From Cetorhinus maximus (taxonomy: Eukaryota): DNA of 64,000 nucleotides. A program made the position numbers and the translations under genes. Of the stretch, positions 12,666 to 25,019 are shown piece by piece. The DNA lies in the NCBI RefSeq assembly GCF_964194155.1, contig NC_135897.1, forward strand, positions 74,834,001-74,898,000, written 5' to 3'. The notes under the pieces were generated by a model. That model saw only the letters and a list, made by a program, of their open reading frames with translations. It made no database searches and was not told where the DNA came from. Positions within the stretch are counted from its first letter, which is position 1, and each line of letters starts with the position of its first letter.

Positions 12666-13144
12666 GGATTTTCTGTTCCCTCAGCACCTCACATTTAAAA
12701 TTCTCATCCTCATGTTGAAACCGCTTCCTGCCCTCATCCCTATTTTTATGACCTTTTCAGCCCAACAAACCCCCAAGAAATCTGTATTCCCCCAGCTCTG
12801 GCACCTTGTGTATCCCAAATCCCATTGCAACAGTCATGTCTTCAGCTGACCGAGCCCTCAGCTCTGGAATTCTCTCCCTCAATCTCTCTAGCATCCACAA
12901 AGTTGAAGACTCTCCTTAAAACCCAGTTCTCTGGCCAAGCTTCCAATTACTTCTTTGGTTGTGCCATTTTTGTCTGATTACACTGCTAAGTTCAATAAAT
13001 GTTGCTTTCCCTGGCTGGGGTATCTAGAACATAGGGGCACAGTGTCAGGATAAGGGTTTGATCATTTTGGACTGATATGAGGAGACATTTCTTCACTAAA
13101 GGGTTGTGAATCTTTAGAATTCTCACATAGAGGATTGTGAATAT

Positions 13145-13457
13145 TTTTTTTTAATTCATTCATGGGATTTGGACATTGCTGGCTAGGCCAGCATTTATTA
13201 CCCATCCCATGTCCAGAGGGCATTTAAGAGTCAACCACATTACTGGAGTCACATGTAGGCCAGTAAAGTTCCATAAAGAACCAGATGGGTTTTTACAACA
13301 ATCACTTCATGGTCATCATTAGACTTTTAATTCCAGTTTTTTAATTGAATTCAAATTCCACCATCTGCCGAGGCAGGATTCAAACTGGGGTCCCCAGAGC
13401 ATTACCCTGGGTCTCTGGATTACTAGTCCAGCAACAATACCACTACACCATCGCCTC
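13145..13457 (-). mobile_element. Full-length tRNA-headed SINE nested in a CR1 tail (13010-13635, +)
   Basis: Reverse complement starts GAGGCGATGGTGTAGTGG (A box), CTGGA-CTAGTAA-TCCAG anticodon-like arm, GTTTGAATCC (B box), and ends in the LINE-type tail with an A-rich end. Confidence 0.8.
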
Positions 13458-13948
13458 AATTGAAAATAATTAAGGCTGATTTAAGACAGATTTTTGGTCT
13501 CTCAGGGAATCAAGAGATATGAGGAGAGGGTGGGAAAGTGGAATTGAAACTCTAGGTCAGCCATGATCATATTGAATGGTGGAGCAAGTTCGATGGGTCA
13601 TATGGTTTTCTCCCACTCCTATTCCTTATGTTCTTATAAATGCTTGTTCTTACTGACACTTGGGGGCTATGTAAGTTTTGGCTAAGGAGGTCTTGTGGCA
13701 CAATGGGTAGCACCCCTGATCTGAGCCAAAAGCTCTGAGTAAGGAAGATATGTTCATAACATGACCAAACAAGTTGAGTGGTAGTTGGTAAGAGTGGGAG
13801 AGATTCTTGGTTAGCCATTGTAATGGAAAGACATTGGAGCCTCTACCATCGCTGTCCATAGTTCCAGGTTACAACATGCATGTAAAAGTGTATGTATGTC
13901 AGTCGGTTGGATAACCAATGTGGGTGAGATTGGTGCCAACAGCACTGG

Positions 13949-15436
13949 CCTGAAGGTGCTGGGGATATGGTTCGAAGGGACTGGGGCATGCGTTAGAAAC
14001 TGGAAGGAGCGAGTATCTATGGTGCAAAGAAAACTGGGCATGTGGGAGCGACGCTCCCTCTCCATTGCGGGTAAGAACCTGGTCATCAGGTGTGAGGCAC
14101 TCTTGCTGTTGCTGTACGTCTGGCCCATTCCAGACTCCTGCGTGGTGGCGATCACCCGAGCCATCTTTCACTTTATCTGGAGGTCGAAAATGGATTGTGT
14201 CCGCAGGGATGCGATGTATAAGCCTCTAGATAAGTGGGGTGGGGGGGGGGGGAACTTTCCCAACATCGCCCTCATACTGATGGCTACCTTTGTGTGCAGC
14301 TGCATCAAGCTGTGCGTAGATCCTCAGTACGCAAACACCAAGCGTTACGACGTGCTGAGGTTCTACCTGTCCCCGGTGTTGCAAAGGATGGGTCTGGCCA
14401 CGCTGCCACGAAACGCTCCAAGTAGTTGGACCGTGCCATACCACCTGTCCCTCATGGAAAAATTTATGCAGAGAAACACCTTTGACCACAAGTCCATTAG
14501 GCAGTGGTCGGCACATAACATCTTAGAGGCCCTGCGGGAAAAGGAGAGGGTGGGTCCTGTGGGATGGTTCCCCGAGCAGACTGTCAAAGTCATTTGGCAG
14601 AATGCCTCTTCGCCAGAACTTTCCAACAAGCACCAAGATGTAGCTTGGCTGGTGGTGAGAAAGGCCCTCCCTGTCAGATCTTTCCAACACGCCAGGAGCC
14701 TCACCCCCTCTGCACATTGCCCTCGAGGTGGTTGTGGTGGGGACGAGACCGTTGTTCACCTCCTTGTGGATTATGCCTTTGCAAAGAAGGTCTGGAGAGA
14801 GATGCAGTGGTTTCTGTCGAGGTTCATCCCGAGCAGTTCTATGACACAGGACTCTGTGCTCTACGGGCTGTTCCCAGGGACACACACCGAGACAAACATC
14901 AACTACAGCTGGAGGATCATCAACTCGGTGAAAGACGCTCTTTGGTCTGCCTGAAACTTCTTGGTCTTCCAGCACAAAGAGTTGTCCCTGACCAAGTGTT
15001 GCAGACTGGCACATCCCAAGGTCCAGGACTACGTGCTGAGGGATGCACTAAAGCTTGGGGCAGCCGCCGCAAAGGCGCAATGGGGAAAGGTCGCTGTCTA
15101 AGACCTTTCTGTCATTATGCACTGAGGGGCTGGGAATTGTTGAGAGCCCCTCGGGCTGTACAGCTCACAATGAATGTATGCATTGAATACTAATTGTATT
15201 ATAATTGTATTGAAGCACCTCAGAGTGCAACATGATGTATGTTGATAACTCCAATACCACTGTCTGATTGTCTGTAATGACCATATTGAAATGATTGTAA
15301 TATTCATTGATTGTATTGATGCACCTCGTGATCCATGTGTAAAAGTTGAATCTGATTGTACTTTTTGGGATGGCGATTTTGAAATGTTTTGTAATGTTGT
15401 TCCAGATATTTTATGAATAAAGTACATTTTTTTAAA
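13949..15436 (+). mobile_element. 5'-truncated Tx1 (L1-clade) LINE: RT C-terminus, zf-RVT, 3' UTR, short A tail
   Basis: ORF from LKVLGIWF through CPRGGCGGDETVVHLL; one TGA at 14952-14954, then the frame continues to TAA at 15099-15101. AATAAA at ~15416. TSD AACAGCACTGG (13938-13948) / AATAGCACTGG (15437-15447). Confidence 0.9.
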
Positions 15437-15879
15437 AATAGCACTGGGTTTATTCCCTGTTCCGGCTTGGGACCTGCCTCCTTGCCCTGCCTGTGGTGGA
15501 GTTTGTGGTGCTATGGGTTGGACCTGCCTTCAGGCAGAAAACTCAAGAGAAGCTTTGGCTAAATTTCTAGATATGTATGAATTGGTAATTGGGTGCAAAC
15601 AACTTTTAGGTTTTAAAAACTTATGAATTGAAAGGAATAAACAAATAAAATGCTTCAATTCTGATGAGGGCCATCATTGTTCTTAAATGGAAACTCTCTC
15701 TCCACAGATGCTGCAATGACCTGCTGAGTGTTTCCAACATTTTCTGTTTTTGTTTCAGATTTAGACCACCTTTAGTATTTTGTTTTGTACTGTGCTGCAA
15801 CTGTTCATTAATGAGTGAGATTTTCTACTTCGTGATATTAGCTTCCCTATTTTTGGTCAGTGCCAGCACCATCCGCAAA

Positions 15880-16239
15880 CAAATTGGACAGTCCTACAAC
15901 CAACCCCATGGAACAAGCGCTTTTCGGTCGCCGTGCATTCACAGTGCGCAAGCGCATAGAGAGGGAGGCGGGGGGGGGGGGGCGTTCGCCAAGGACTCAC
16001 GATGCGCAAGCGCAGACGGAGGGGAATCCCGAGGATTCACGGTGCGCAAGCGCAGACTGAGGGGGGTTCCCGTGGATTCATGGTGCGCATGCGCAGTGTT
16101 AGTGTTCCCTCGGATTCACGGTGCGCAAGCGCAGTGTGGGTGTTTCACCGCGGATTCACGGTGCGCAAGCGCAGTGTGAAGGTATCCCCGCGGATTCACG
16201 GTGCGCAAGCGCAGTGTGAGGCTGGCTCTCGGCTCTGTC
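15880..16239 (+). promoter_or_regulatory. MRPL44 CpG-rich promoter/5' UTR with tandem NRF1-type sites
   Basis: TGCGCA(A/T)GCGCA at 15945, 16003, 16043, 16084, 16122, 16162, 16202; ATTGG at 15883-15887; GC-box-like GAGGCGGGG near 15965. Confidence 0.8.
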
Positions 16240-16412
16240 ATGTCGTCGGCGGTGCTGTTCCGAAATGTTTTCAATTCCTTCAGACAAAGTCTTTCTCTCA
16301 GCCGGACCATCCTGTTCACACAAACCAGGGAGAAGAAAAGATGGATGAAATCTTACATGTTGCTAATGGAAAGAAAGAAAAAACTTGAAGGGCCTCCACC
16401 GCCTCAACCTCG
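16240..16412 (+). CDS. MRPL44: 39S mitoribosomal protein L44, exon 1 (basic presequence-like N-terminus ...KKLEGPPPPQPR)
   Basis: ATG at 16240, GT donor at 16413, phase 2 matches exon 2. Confidence 0.88.
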
Positions 16413-16599
16413 GTGTGTATGAGTGTGCGTGGGGACCAGGCCGCAGATCCTTATTTACCCAAGTGAATGGATGCTCTGAGTGAAAAATATATAAATTTGC
16501 CTTTGTTGTTTTGCACTTAATATACCAGACTATTTATGTTGTGCGTTACAGCGTGTTGCATTTTTATACGACCTTTAACAGATGTTTCTCAATACCTCA

Positions 16600-17470
16600 C
16601 AGAGGTGGTCAAGCCAATGAAGGAGATTTTTGGAGGGGTGATAACATTTGGTTATAGGAGGTGGATTTGAAGAGGTCATTAAAGTTGGAGAGGCAGAGGG
16701 TTAGTGAGGGAATTCCAAACTGAGGGACCGAGACAACCTCAGGAACGTTTGGCAGTGGCAAGGAGCAGAGTTGTCTACAGGAGGCTGGCGTGAGGAACGG
16801 AGACATCAGCGCACTTGAGCAGGTTACGGAAATAGTTGGTGGTTGGTAATGTGCGGGTAATGGCTTTAAATTGGAGATGTTGGAACCTTGTGAGCAAGGA
16901 CGGGAATGATGGATGAGCAGAACTTAGGGCAGCAGGTTATGGGCACAGGAGTTTGGATGAGCTGAAGTTTAGGGAGGATGGAATGTTGGTCAGGAGAGCT
17001 TTGCAATAGCTGGTTGACCACAGCATGAATGATCATTACTGAGGAAGGTCAGACGTGGGTGATGTTACAGAGGGGAAAGTAAGGGCCAGAAGCTCAGTTT
17101 GAATCAGGCGCACATTGCAAGCTTTTTGATTTGAGCTGAGACAGGAAGGGGGACTGTGTCATTGCCAAAGGTACAAAACATGGAGGCTGAGAGTGATGTC
17201 TGTGGTCTTGCCAGCTTTTAGCCAGTGAAAACTGTGACTTGCCTAAGACTGGATGGCAGACAAACAGTGAGAAGGTGCAGAGGCAGTAAAAGCGTCGAGA
17301 GAGGTGGTAAAGAGGTAGAGCTGGGTGCTGCTGTATGTATCTCGTGTCTGTGAATGTTGTTACCAAGGGATAGTTTGTATCTGAACGGGCCAATCCTGGA
17401 TTCTTTGGGAACTCCCAAAGTGATGGCATGGGAATAGAAGCGGAAGCGATTTCTAGAGATGCTTTGGTTA
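16600..17470 (-). mobile_element. Degenerate L2 fragment in MRPL44 intron 1
   Basis: Reverse complement resembles the L2 3' region (e.g. GAGGTGGATTTGAAGAGG, GGAATTCCAAAC); heavily decayed. Confidence 0.5.
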
Positions 17471-18088
17471 TAGAGCAAAGTAGTTACAGTTACAATATGC
17501 TGTCAATAGTTTAAAATCATATATGAGATTCTGTAATCAAGATCTTAATCTATTATACAGATTTGTGCAAATCTCCTAGGACTAAGAATGCTAAACTGCT
17601 GTATCATATTCTGTACTCGTAATTCTGTGATTGTCCTATTAAGCTGTCAACGTCACTGAGTAAGGGGATATCAGATGGGTCTTTGAAACTTGGCTGTGTC
17701 ATAATTATCTGGGTGAGCATCAGTGGCCCCCAATGCAACCAATTGATATATTGACGTATTGTGCCATGGAGCGATAAGATGTGATTGTCATGACAAAATC
17801 CTGATTTGTTTGAGGGTGTGTGAGTATCATATAGTGGCGAGTGATTTCTCACAGAAGGGGAAGGAAAATTGGGCGTTGAGACGCCTGGGTTGTCACATTC
17901 ATCTAGCAGTCAGTACAGAGTGGTATTGCCAAGAGTCTTGAGACTGAGTCCTAGATGTGGTGCAGAAGTACAGTATTTTAAATTAATATATGCTTTTAAT
18001 AAAAGCATCAAATATGGTTGATCTGTGATAGAGAACAACAATCGCTGTTTCTGTGAGCTGAATTTAAAATATTTTGTTGCATTGTCAG

Positions 18089-18557
18089 ATCACAGCAGCC
18101 AAACTGGAACTATCATGCTGAAGTAGAGGCCTTTGGTCAACGTCTTCATGAGAATTTCAACCTGGACCTTCTCAAAACAGCGTTCATCAATCCCTGTTAT
18201 ATTACGTTTGAGGAAGCACGCCGCCGGGAACTTAGACTGGAAAGAGAGGAGATCACATTAAATCTCAAAGACAATCAGCAGTTATTTGAGAAAGGCTCAC
18301 TGTTTTCAGATACTTACCTCCAAAACTGTTTTAGTAATGCCTATCCAAACTTACCTGCCGACGGTGTTAAGGCATTTACTACTCACATCACAAGGTCAGA
18401 GAATGTGTGCCATGTTGCCAGAAACTTAGCTGTGGAAGACTTGACACTAAGTGCAGAGTTCCCAGTGCCACAGGAGGTTTTACAAAAGACATTCTTTGCT
18501 GTTGTTGGAGCTTTGCTTGAGAGCAGTGGACCTGAAAGAGCCAGCTTATTTATCCGG
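18089..18557 (+). CDS. MRPL44: MRPL44 exon 2 (RNase III-like domain)
   Basis: AG/GT bounded, 469 nt; [34 protein letters not shown]...[21 protein letters not shown]...[12 protein letters not shown]. Confidence 0.97.
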
Positions 18558-20217
18558 GTAAGATACTGGGGCAATAATGGTGGGGAGTGGACTACATTGC
18601 ACATGTAAATAATAATAAGAGACTACACTGGGTACAGTGATAGTTGCCCAAAGTTCAAGCAGATTTACAGGTTGTATGAGCAGTAACAACAACTTGCATT
18701 CATACAATTCATGTAGAGCCTCACAGAAGTATAATCAAGAAAAAATGAATGACAAGATTGGCAGCCTTGAGCAGTCACAGATTTAAGGTCATCAATAATA
18801 GAACCAGAGGGGAGATGAGATTTTTAAAAAGTTGTTATGATCTGGAATGCATTGCCTGAAAGGGAGGCAAAAGCAGTTTTAATAGTTCCTTTCAAAAGGA
18901 AATTAGATGTATACTTGAAAAGGAAAACATTTGTAGAGCTATGGGAAAAGAGCAAGGAAATGAGACAAATTGAACAGTACTTTCAAAGAGACAGCACTGT
19001 TATGATGGGCTGAATGGCCTTGTTCTGTGCTTGATAATTCTGACACCCAGACAATGAAATATTAGGAGAGTTAACAAAAAACATGGTCACAAGAGGTGGC
19101 ATTTAAAGGAAGAGCTGGAGCTAATGAGGAAAGGGATTTCTGTCAGGAATTCTATAGCGCTTGGGGCTCTAGTTATAGAGTCAGGCTGTACAAAAAGTGA
19201 AGGTACCAAGTAGACTTACAAACAAAATACCCAGTGGTGTATTATGTGATTGGTAGGCACATTTGATTGAAGATGCTGGGACCACTGAGGAATGTGTGTT
19301 TTAATGAAGCATTAATATACAAAACCAAGGAGCGAGGACAGTAGAACTTAGCATGTTTGAAATTTACCAAGAATTTTTCTATTTTAGTTGAACTTCTTGC
19401 TTCCCAATTTTTAGCTTATATCTTTTGGGAAATATTTGTGATTAGTGAGGAGCGATGTCAGTGATGGACTGTTTTTTATACTTCTGTTAGCCAGCATCAA
19501 AGTTGTACAGCAAACCCAGGCACAGAGTAAAACTCTATATTTTGCTTTAAACCCAAACTCTAATACTTCCTATGTTTTTTTTAATTAATTCATGGGACAT
19601 TGGCACTATATTGTACATAGTTATTACAGTATAGCTGGACAGTAAATGCGCAGTGCTTTTTTCTTCAATGCTAAGAATTTGTGATGTAAATTCCGAGTCT
19701 GGGCCTGACTTTGTCCTGGATTCATAGCCTGATTGCAGAGCAAAGCTGCCTCGCACTGGCACTGCAGTTGTATATATGTAGGCTCAATTAACCAGCTAAA
19801 ACCCTGTAGTTTATCAGCACAGGGACAGTTAAATTTCCTGGTGCTTGTCCAACTAAGATCATCCTATACATTAGGGCTTTGGCTTTCATTTATATAGCTG
19901 AATAGGAAGAATTCCAGTCTAACTTTGGGTTGTTCCTGTTGTGTCTTGACTCAGTGTGCTGCTGCAGTTGTGTATGATTTGACCTGACACTGGATGTAAT
20001 ACCTGTTCTGTGAAACAGTGGATGCTTCTTTTGACTTGTTATATTATAAGCATGGCTTTACATGCTGATTCTTTTGTTCTGTGTGACTAGTGATTCAAAT
20101 GATTTGCAAATGTGTAACAGCCTATTAACAGCAACTGGACTATTTGCTTCTGCCTTTACTTTTGAATAGAGTATCTGACTCTCAAATGTATTTTCTGATT
20201 TATTGGTCTTTTTATAG

Positions 20218-20396
20218 GACTTCCTCATCTCTCAACTTATTGGGAAAGATCTGTTTGAAATCTGGCCTCTTGTTAATCCCATGGGACTATTGGTGGAAGA
20301 GCTGAAGAGGAGGAAGATGTCTCTTCCTGAGTCCAGACTAACCAGGCAGTCTGGAGCCAGCACTGTGCTCCCGGTGTATTTCGTTGGACTATACAG
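20218..20396 (+). CDS. MRPL44: MRPL44 exon 3 (start of dsRNA-binding-like domain)
   Basis: AG/GT bounded, 179 nt; [59 protein letters not shown]. Confidence 0.97.
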
Positions 20397-22597
20397 GTAC
20401 ATGATAAATGTTGTTCAACATGTTGTGGAGTAGCTATGCACTGTAACCTTATTAGGTTAAATATCCAAAAGGAACTGTTGTAAAAATGCATGGTATTATA
20501 ATCTTTGTATTTTGTATTCAATTTCATATGTTCATATGTTGTTTCCTGCCAGTAGTGCAAATGCACCATAAACTGTAAAACATTGATTTTAGTTCACTGA
20601 AGAGCTGTTGAGAAGCTTGGAAATTGTTGCTTGGCGTAGAGACACTGTTAGCTGTTTGGAAGAATGGGAGAAACCCTCTAATTGCTGATGAGAAGGATTG
20701 GGGGTTGATGGGAGGCTTATGATTTGTTGATTATTTGAAGCAAGATTTGTATATTATGCTGTGGAAGGGCAATTTAGTGGCTGCTGATTCAACGTGATGG
20801 TGAGAGTTGCTGATTGGATGAGGGGGTGGCTATGGTGAGAGTTGCTGATTGGATGAGGAGGTGGCTACGGTAAACTGTTTATTTGAAAAAAGGAGCTGCA
20901 AATGGGAGTGGTTGTTTGCTAGTCAACTGTGATGTATTGGGAGAGGAGTTCACAGTTGCTGATTAACATAGTGAGCAGCCGAAGAACCATGGTGAACTCT
21001 TGTACCAGGAGTTGCATTACTTTTATGAAATGCTGAATTCAAAGATGGTCATGCTTAAAACACTAAATATACACGTACGGGAGCTAACCCTGCTGTTGGG
21101 GGTGACATGCTGATTCGCTGACGAGAGGGTGGCAAGAAATAAAGCCTCATAAATCAAGAGGCAAGCTCTTAAAAATCGAGGGAACTGGTATAAAAGGGAT
21201 GAGGTTTTTTTCCAAACACAAACCAATACAGATTGACAGTAAGCTTTAATTTCACTTAGAAATTGTGTCTCTCACAATTGATTAATGAGAGTTGGCATGT
21301 CTGCCTTATTTTTCCTCAAGACATAAATTACAGTAAAAGAACAAATCATTTCATGCCATTACCAGGCACATATTGCACAGTCTAAATTTTACACAACATG
21401 AATTTATGGAAAGGGTTTGTTGGCTTTTTAATTTGTTCTCGAGATGTAGACATTGCTGGCAAGATCACAGTGACGGCCCCATTCCTGGTTCCCTAATAAC
21501 GTGTTTATGGGCCACCCTCTTGAACCACTACGGTTCTTGTGTTGATTGTCCTGGAATGGTGTAGATGGAGGATTCCAGGCTCTAGACCTAGCAACTATTA
21601 TGAAATGGTGGTATATGCCTAAGTCAGGATGATGTATTACATGTCCTTCTCAGTGGTAGGTCTTTTATTGACCAGCTGGTAGTGTTAATGTAAGCTTATC
21701 ATCTTGTAGATGGTACATACTGTAGTTCCAAGTACGCTGGTGGGGGGAATAAATACAGTGGTGGTGCCGTTGGAGAGCTGGTTGTTGTACATGCCACTTA
21801 TCAGCCGAAGTTGGGATGCTGGCTGGATCCTGCAGTAGTCTGGCGTGGGTTGTTTCCAATTTTGGGGAAGTTACAAATGGAACTGAATATTGTGAATCAA
21901 GTCGATGAACAACTTAACTCTAAATCTTGCCTAATGAAGATCACTGGTGAAGCAGCTAAAAGTTTTGGGCCAAGGTGCTGCCTTGAGCTCGTGCAATGAT
22001 TTCTTGTGTTTGGCCTGTGATTTACTTAGTGCCTGGTACAATTAACCTAAAAATAGTGAGAGAAGAGCTTACAAAAGGAGAATGAGGAAAATGTCTAAAA
22101 CGGATCAAAGATATTAGGTAGAATGAGTGCAGCAGTACATTAATTTATAATGGAGTCCGGGGAAGATGATCAGCTCCTAAAAACACATGACTACTTAAGA
22201 GGCAAAGTTTGTTCTCTTGGGTGATTCAATATAATTGCATGAATTAAATATTTCTAGAATTGTCATTTAGTTTATATAAATAAATGTTTGATCCAAAACT
22301 AAGATGCGCTTTGGACTTACAACTTTCAGGCATGATTTTTCGTTTTATGGTTTTGTTCAGCTTGCCTAAACAACTGGGTTTTACCAATTGACTGGGTTAG
22401 ATGAAGGGTGATTCAAATGGTTTGTGAAATAGTGAACGCTGCACTGGTTAAATTTCATATGACAAGTAACTCATCAAGTTGCCAGGATATACTTGGTTTT
22501 AAATCAGTAATAGCATCTGTCATGCATTTATATCGGAAATGACAAAGTTCTCACCTGGAAATGCTGGTATTAACAGATGTCCAATGTCTTGTTGCAG

Positions 22598-22766
22598 TGA
22601 TAAGCAGCTAATCGCAGAAGGACCTGGTGAAACTGTGCTGTCAGCTGAAGAAGAGGCAGCACGAGTAGCGCTGCGTAAAATTTATGGTTACACAGAAAAC
22701 AGACGACCTTGGGATTATTCGAGCCACGTAAAGCAACCTGTGGCAGCCAAAGCTCTGAGCAATTAA
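22598..22766 (+). CDS. MRPL44: MRPL44 exon 4 (final coding exon)
   Basis: AG acceptor; DKQLIAEGPGETVLSAEEEAARVALRKIYGYTENRRPWDYS...*. Total CDS 173+469+179+169=990 nt (329 aa). Confidence 0.97.
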
Positions 22767-22863
22767 TGTGCTGGATTCATCCTATGTGACTTACATCATC
22801 CAAATATTAGCTCTGGTTATGGGACCTTAACCATTGTGCAAATATTCATACTTTTGCAGCTAT

Positions 22864-22869
22864 AATAAA
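22864..22869 (+). terminator. MRPL44 polyadenylation signal
   Basis: AATAAA about 100 nt after the stop codon, followed by T-rich sequence. Confidence 0.7.
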
Positions 22870-22919
22870 GATATTCAAAATCAGTTTTCAGTATTTATTG
22901 CAAAACTATTTGGGGAAGT

Positions 22920-23540
22920 TACATGCTAATAATGTGTACAGCTCTGGTTGCCATGTTATGCAAAGGATATTGAGGCACTGGAGTGGGTGTGAAAATAACA
23001 TTTGCAATGATTATACCAGAGCTATGAGGCTATATCTATCAGGAGAGGATTAACAGGCTCTTTTTTTCTGCTCAAAAGATGTGATTGAAATGTGATCTGA
23101 TAGATCTTTAAGATTAAGAAAAGCTTTGATGGAGCAGGCACAGAGTGTTTCCACTTAGGTGGCGGTGGGGGGATAGACCAAAACTAGAATCCATAAATAT
23201 AGACATAAAGATAGTCACCAAGAAATCAAATAGAAAATAGAAGAAACTTCTTTGCCCAAAAAGTGGTGAGAATGTGGATCTCTACCACAACAAATATTTG
23301 TAGTGAATAATACAGATACATTTAAGGAATTCAGTTCATAAAGAACTGTCACTCGATGATGTGGACAAGCCACTTGCAGTAAAAATGTTAAGGATAGTAG
23401 AAGTAGCTAGGTAAACATATGAAGGAGAAAGGAATCAAGGGTTATTCTGATAGTTAGATGAGGAAGGATGGGAGGAGGCTTGAATGGAACATGCACTGGT
23501 TGGGCCAAATGGCCTATTTCTGTGCTGGATATTCTAAGTA
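22920..23540 (+). mobile_element. CR1 3' fragment
   Basis: AAGGATATTGAGGCACTGGAG...AAACTTCTTTGCCCAAAAAGTGGTGAGAATGTGG...GGGCCAAATGGCCT CR1-type tail. Confidence 0.65.
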
Positions 23541-23574
23541 ATATACTATCATTGGAGATCACTTCTAATTGCCT

Positions 23575-23710
23575 TGCTCTGAAGAGTCACACTGACCCGA
23601 AACGTTAACTCTGTTTCTCTCTCCACAGATGCTGCCAGACCTGCTGAGTTTTTCCAGCATTTTCTGTTTTTATTTCAGATTTCCAGCATCCGCAGTATTT
23701 TGCTTTTATT
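23575..23710 (+). mobile_element. Short Penelope-terminus-derived element with a hammerhead-like core
   Basis: CTGAAGA-GTC-ACACT-GAC-CC-GAAA-CGTTAACTCT followed by the family tail CAGATGCTGCCAGACCTGCTGAG...TTCCAGCATCCGCAGTATTTTGCTTTT. Confidence 0.8.
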
Positions 23711-24061
23711 CAATTTAAAGCTGTTTGTTGAAATGCAATGATCATTTCAGTTTGACAATTTTTTAATAAATGCCTCCTTGATATAATTGGACGATTGGTA
23801 CAGGAAAATCTCGTCGGATTCACCCTTTTAATTTATTCAGGATTAATTGTTGAAACTAGTAATGATATTGCTCAGATATCTTGTTTTTTTGGTCCTCTTC
23901 CTGGATATTGAAAACATTTTCAAACCATCTTGATGCCATTATTTCAGATTTAAATACATTACTGCAGCTTTTTTACAAGAGGTAATGTTTAAAGTACATT
24001 TCAAATGACTTTTTTTTTACCATTTTCAGACTAGGATTCTGTGCAGCAGGAGTTGGAGAAT

Positions 24062-24785
24062 AGGAATCTTTTTATCGTGTCCATGGACAGTCTATACATG
24101 GCCCAGCCAGAACTGGACACATTTTTGCGCCTTGTTGTTGAATTCGGCAAGATCTGCAACAGTGCAGGGTTCCTCTAGCGATGGGCATTGCAGGAGGTGT
24201 TGCATAGTCTGTTACTCAGTTCCACATTCATTTGTCGGGCTGGTTGTATATCCCCATTTGCTTAGTGACACCTTTGAACGACCTACACCAGCCCTAAGTC
24301 TGTTAAGGCACTTCCAGGTTGCCCAGTTGCAATTAGCTCCTGGAGGAAGGCTTTCATCCGGTAGAATTTCCATCGTTGGGTGTTGTACGAGACTGGTGAG
24401 CCAGTCTTTCCACAAGGCGATGCGGGCTTCAGATGGAGTTGATTGTAATGGAACAACACCGTTCATGAAGCTCTTCCTTGACTTCAGGTGGCTGGGTGTA
24501 GGTGTATGACCATGTAAAGTTTGCCTCTCATCTGATGTTTGACGGAGTCGCTCTTTCTTGCTGACTACCGTTCTCATATCAGGGGGAGCGATACGCAGGA
24601 TATATAGGCTGTTGGTGTTTGTTGGTTTTAAACAACCTGTGATAAGTCGGCAGCTTGCATTCAGAACGGCATTCATCTTCTTAGCATGAGTAGATCTTTC
24701 CCATGCAGGGCAGGCGTATTCAGCAGTGGAATAGCAAAGAGCAAGTGCACTGATTCGCAATGTTTTCAAGCTTGCTCCCCATAGG
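24062..24785 (-). mobile_element. Vingi/Ingi-like LINE 3' fragment
   Basis: LRISALALCYSTAEYACPAWERSTHAKK...LNRLRAGVGR...KWG...ECGTE*QTMQHLLQCP, ending GGACACGATAAAAAG. Clade assignment is from memory of motif style. Confidence 0.65.
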
Positions 24786-25019
24786 GATAATGGGTGGATA
24801 CTCTAATTGGCAGGGTGTCTCACAGAGTACTGGTGCCAAGGTCGTTTAAATTTTTTTCATGTGCACAGTCTGGTTATCTGCACAGTGCCTTTAAGTTTTC
24901 TTGCACAGCTAAGGATGCTTGTATCTTTTAGGCACAACTTCTGAGTGGCCTCTCCAGTACCCACCTTACATGGGTGCAGCTTAACGGGAACATTGATGGA
25001 GGCCTCAACTCGTCACCCA

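Noticed and set aside
13360-13457. tRNA gene (anticodon-like loop CT-AGT-AA)
   Set aside because: It is the head of a multi-copy SINE with an imperfect acceptor stem, continuing into SINE body and LINE tail.
13896-14954. 352-aa ORF as a host or domesticated gene
   Set aside because: It is a 5'-truncated Tx1 fragment lacking the RT catalytic core, with a chance upstream ATG, a premature stop, a TSD and an A tail.
15935-16220. CRISPR-like array (conserved repeat with variable spacers)
   Set aside because: Eukaryotic locus with no cas genes; spacers are only ~15 nt and related to each other. A promoter minisatellite explains it better.
15664-16388. ORFs of 171, 128 and 66 aa with repeated RCASA/HGAQAQ peptides
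   Set aside because: These are translations of the GC-rich minisatellite; the supported CDS starts at ATG 16240.
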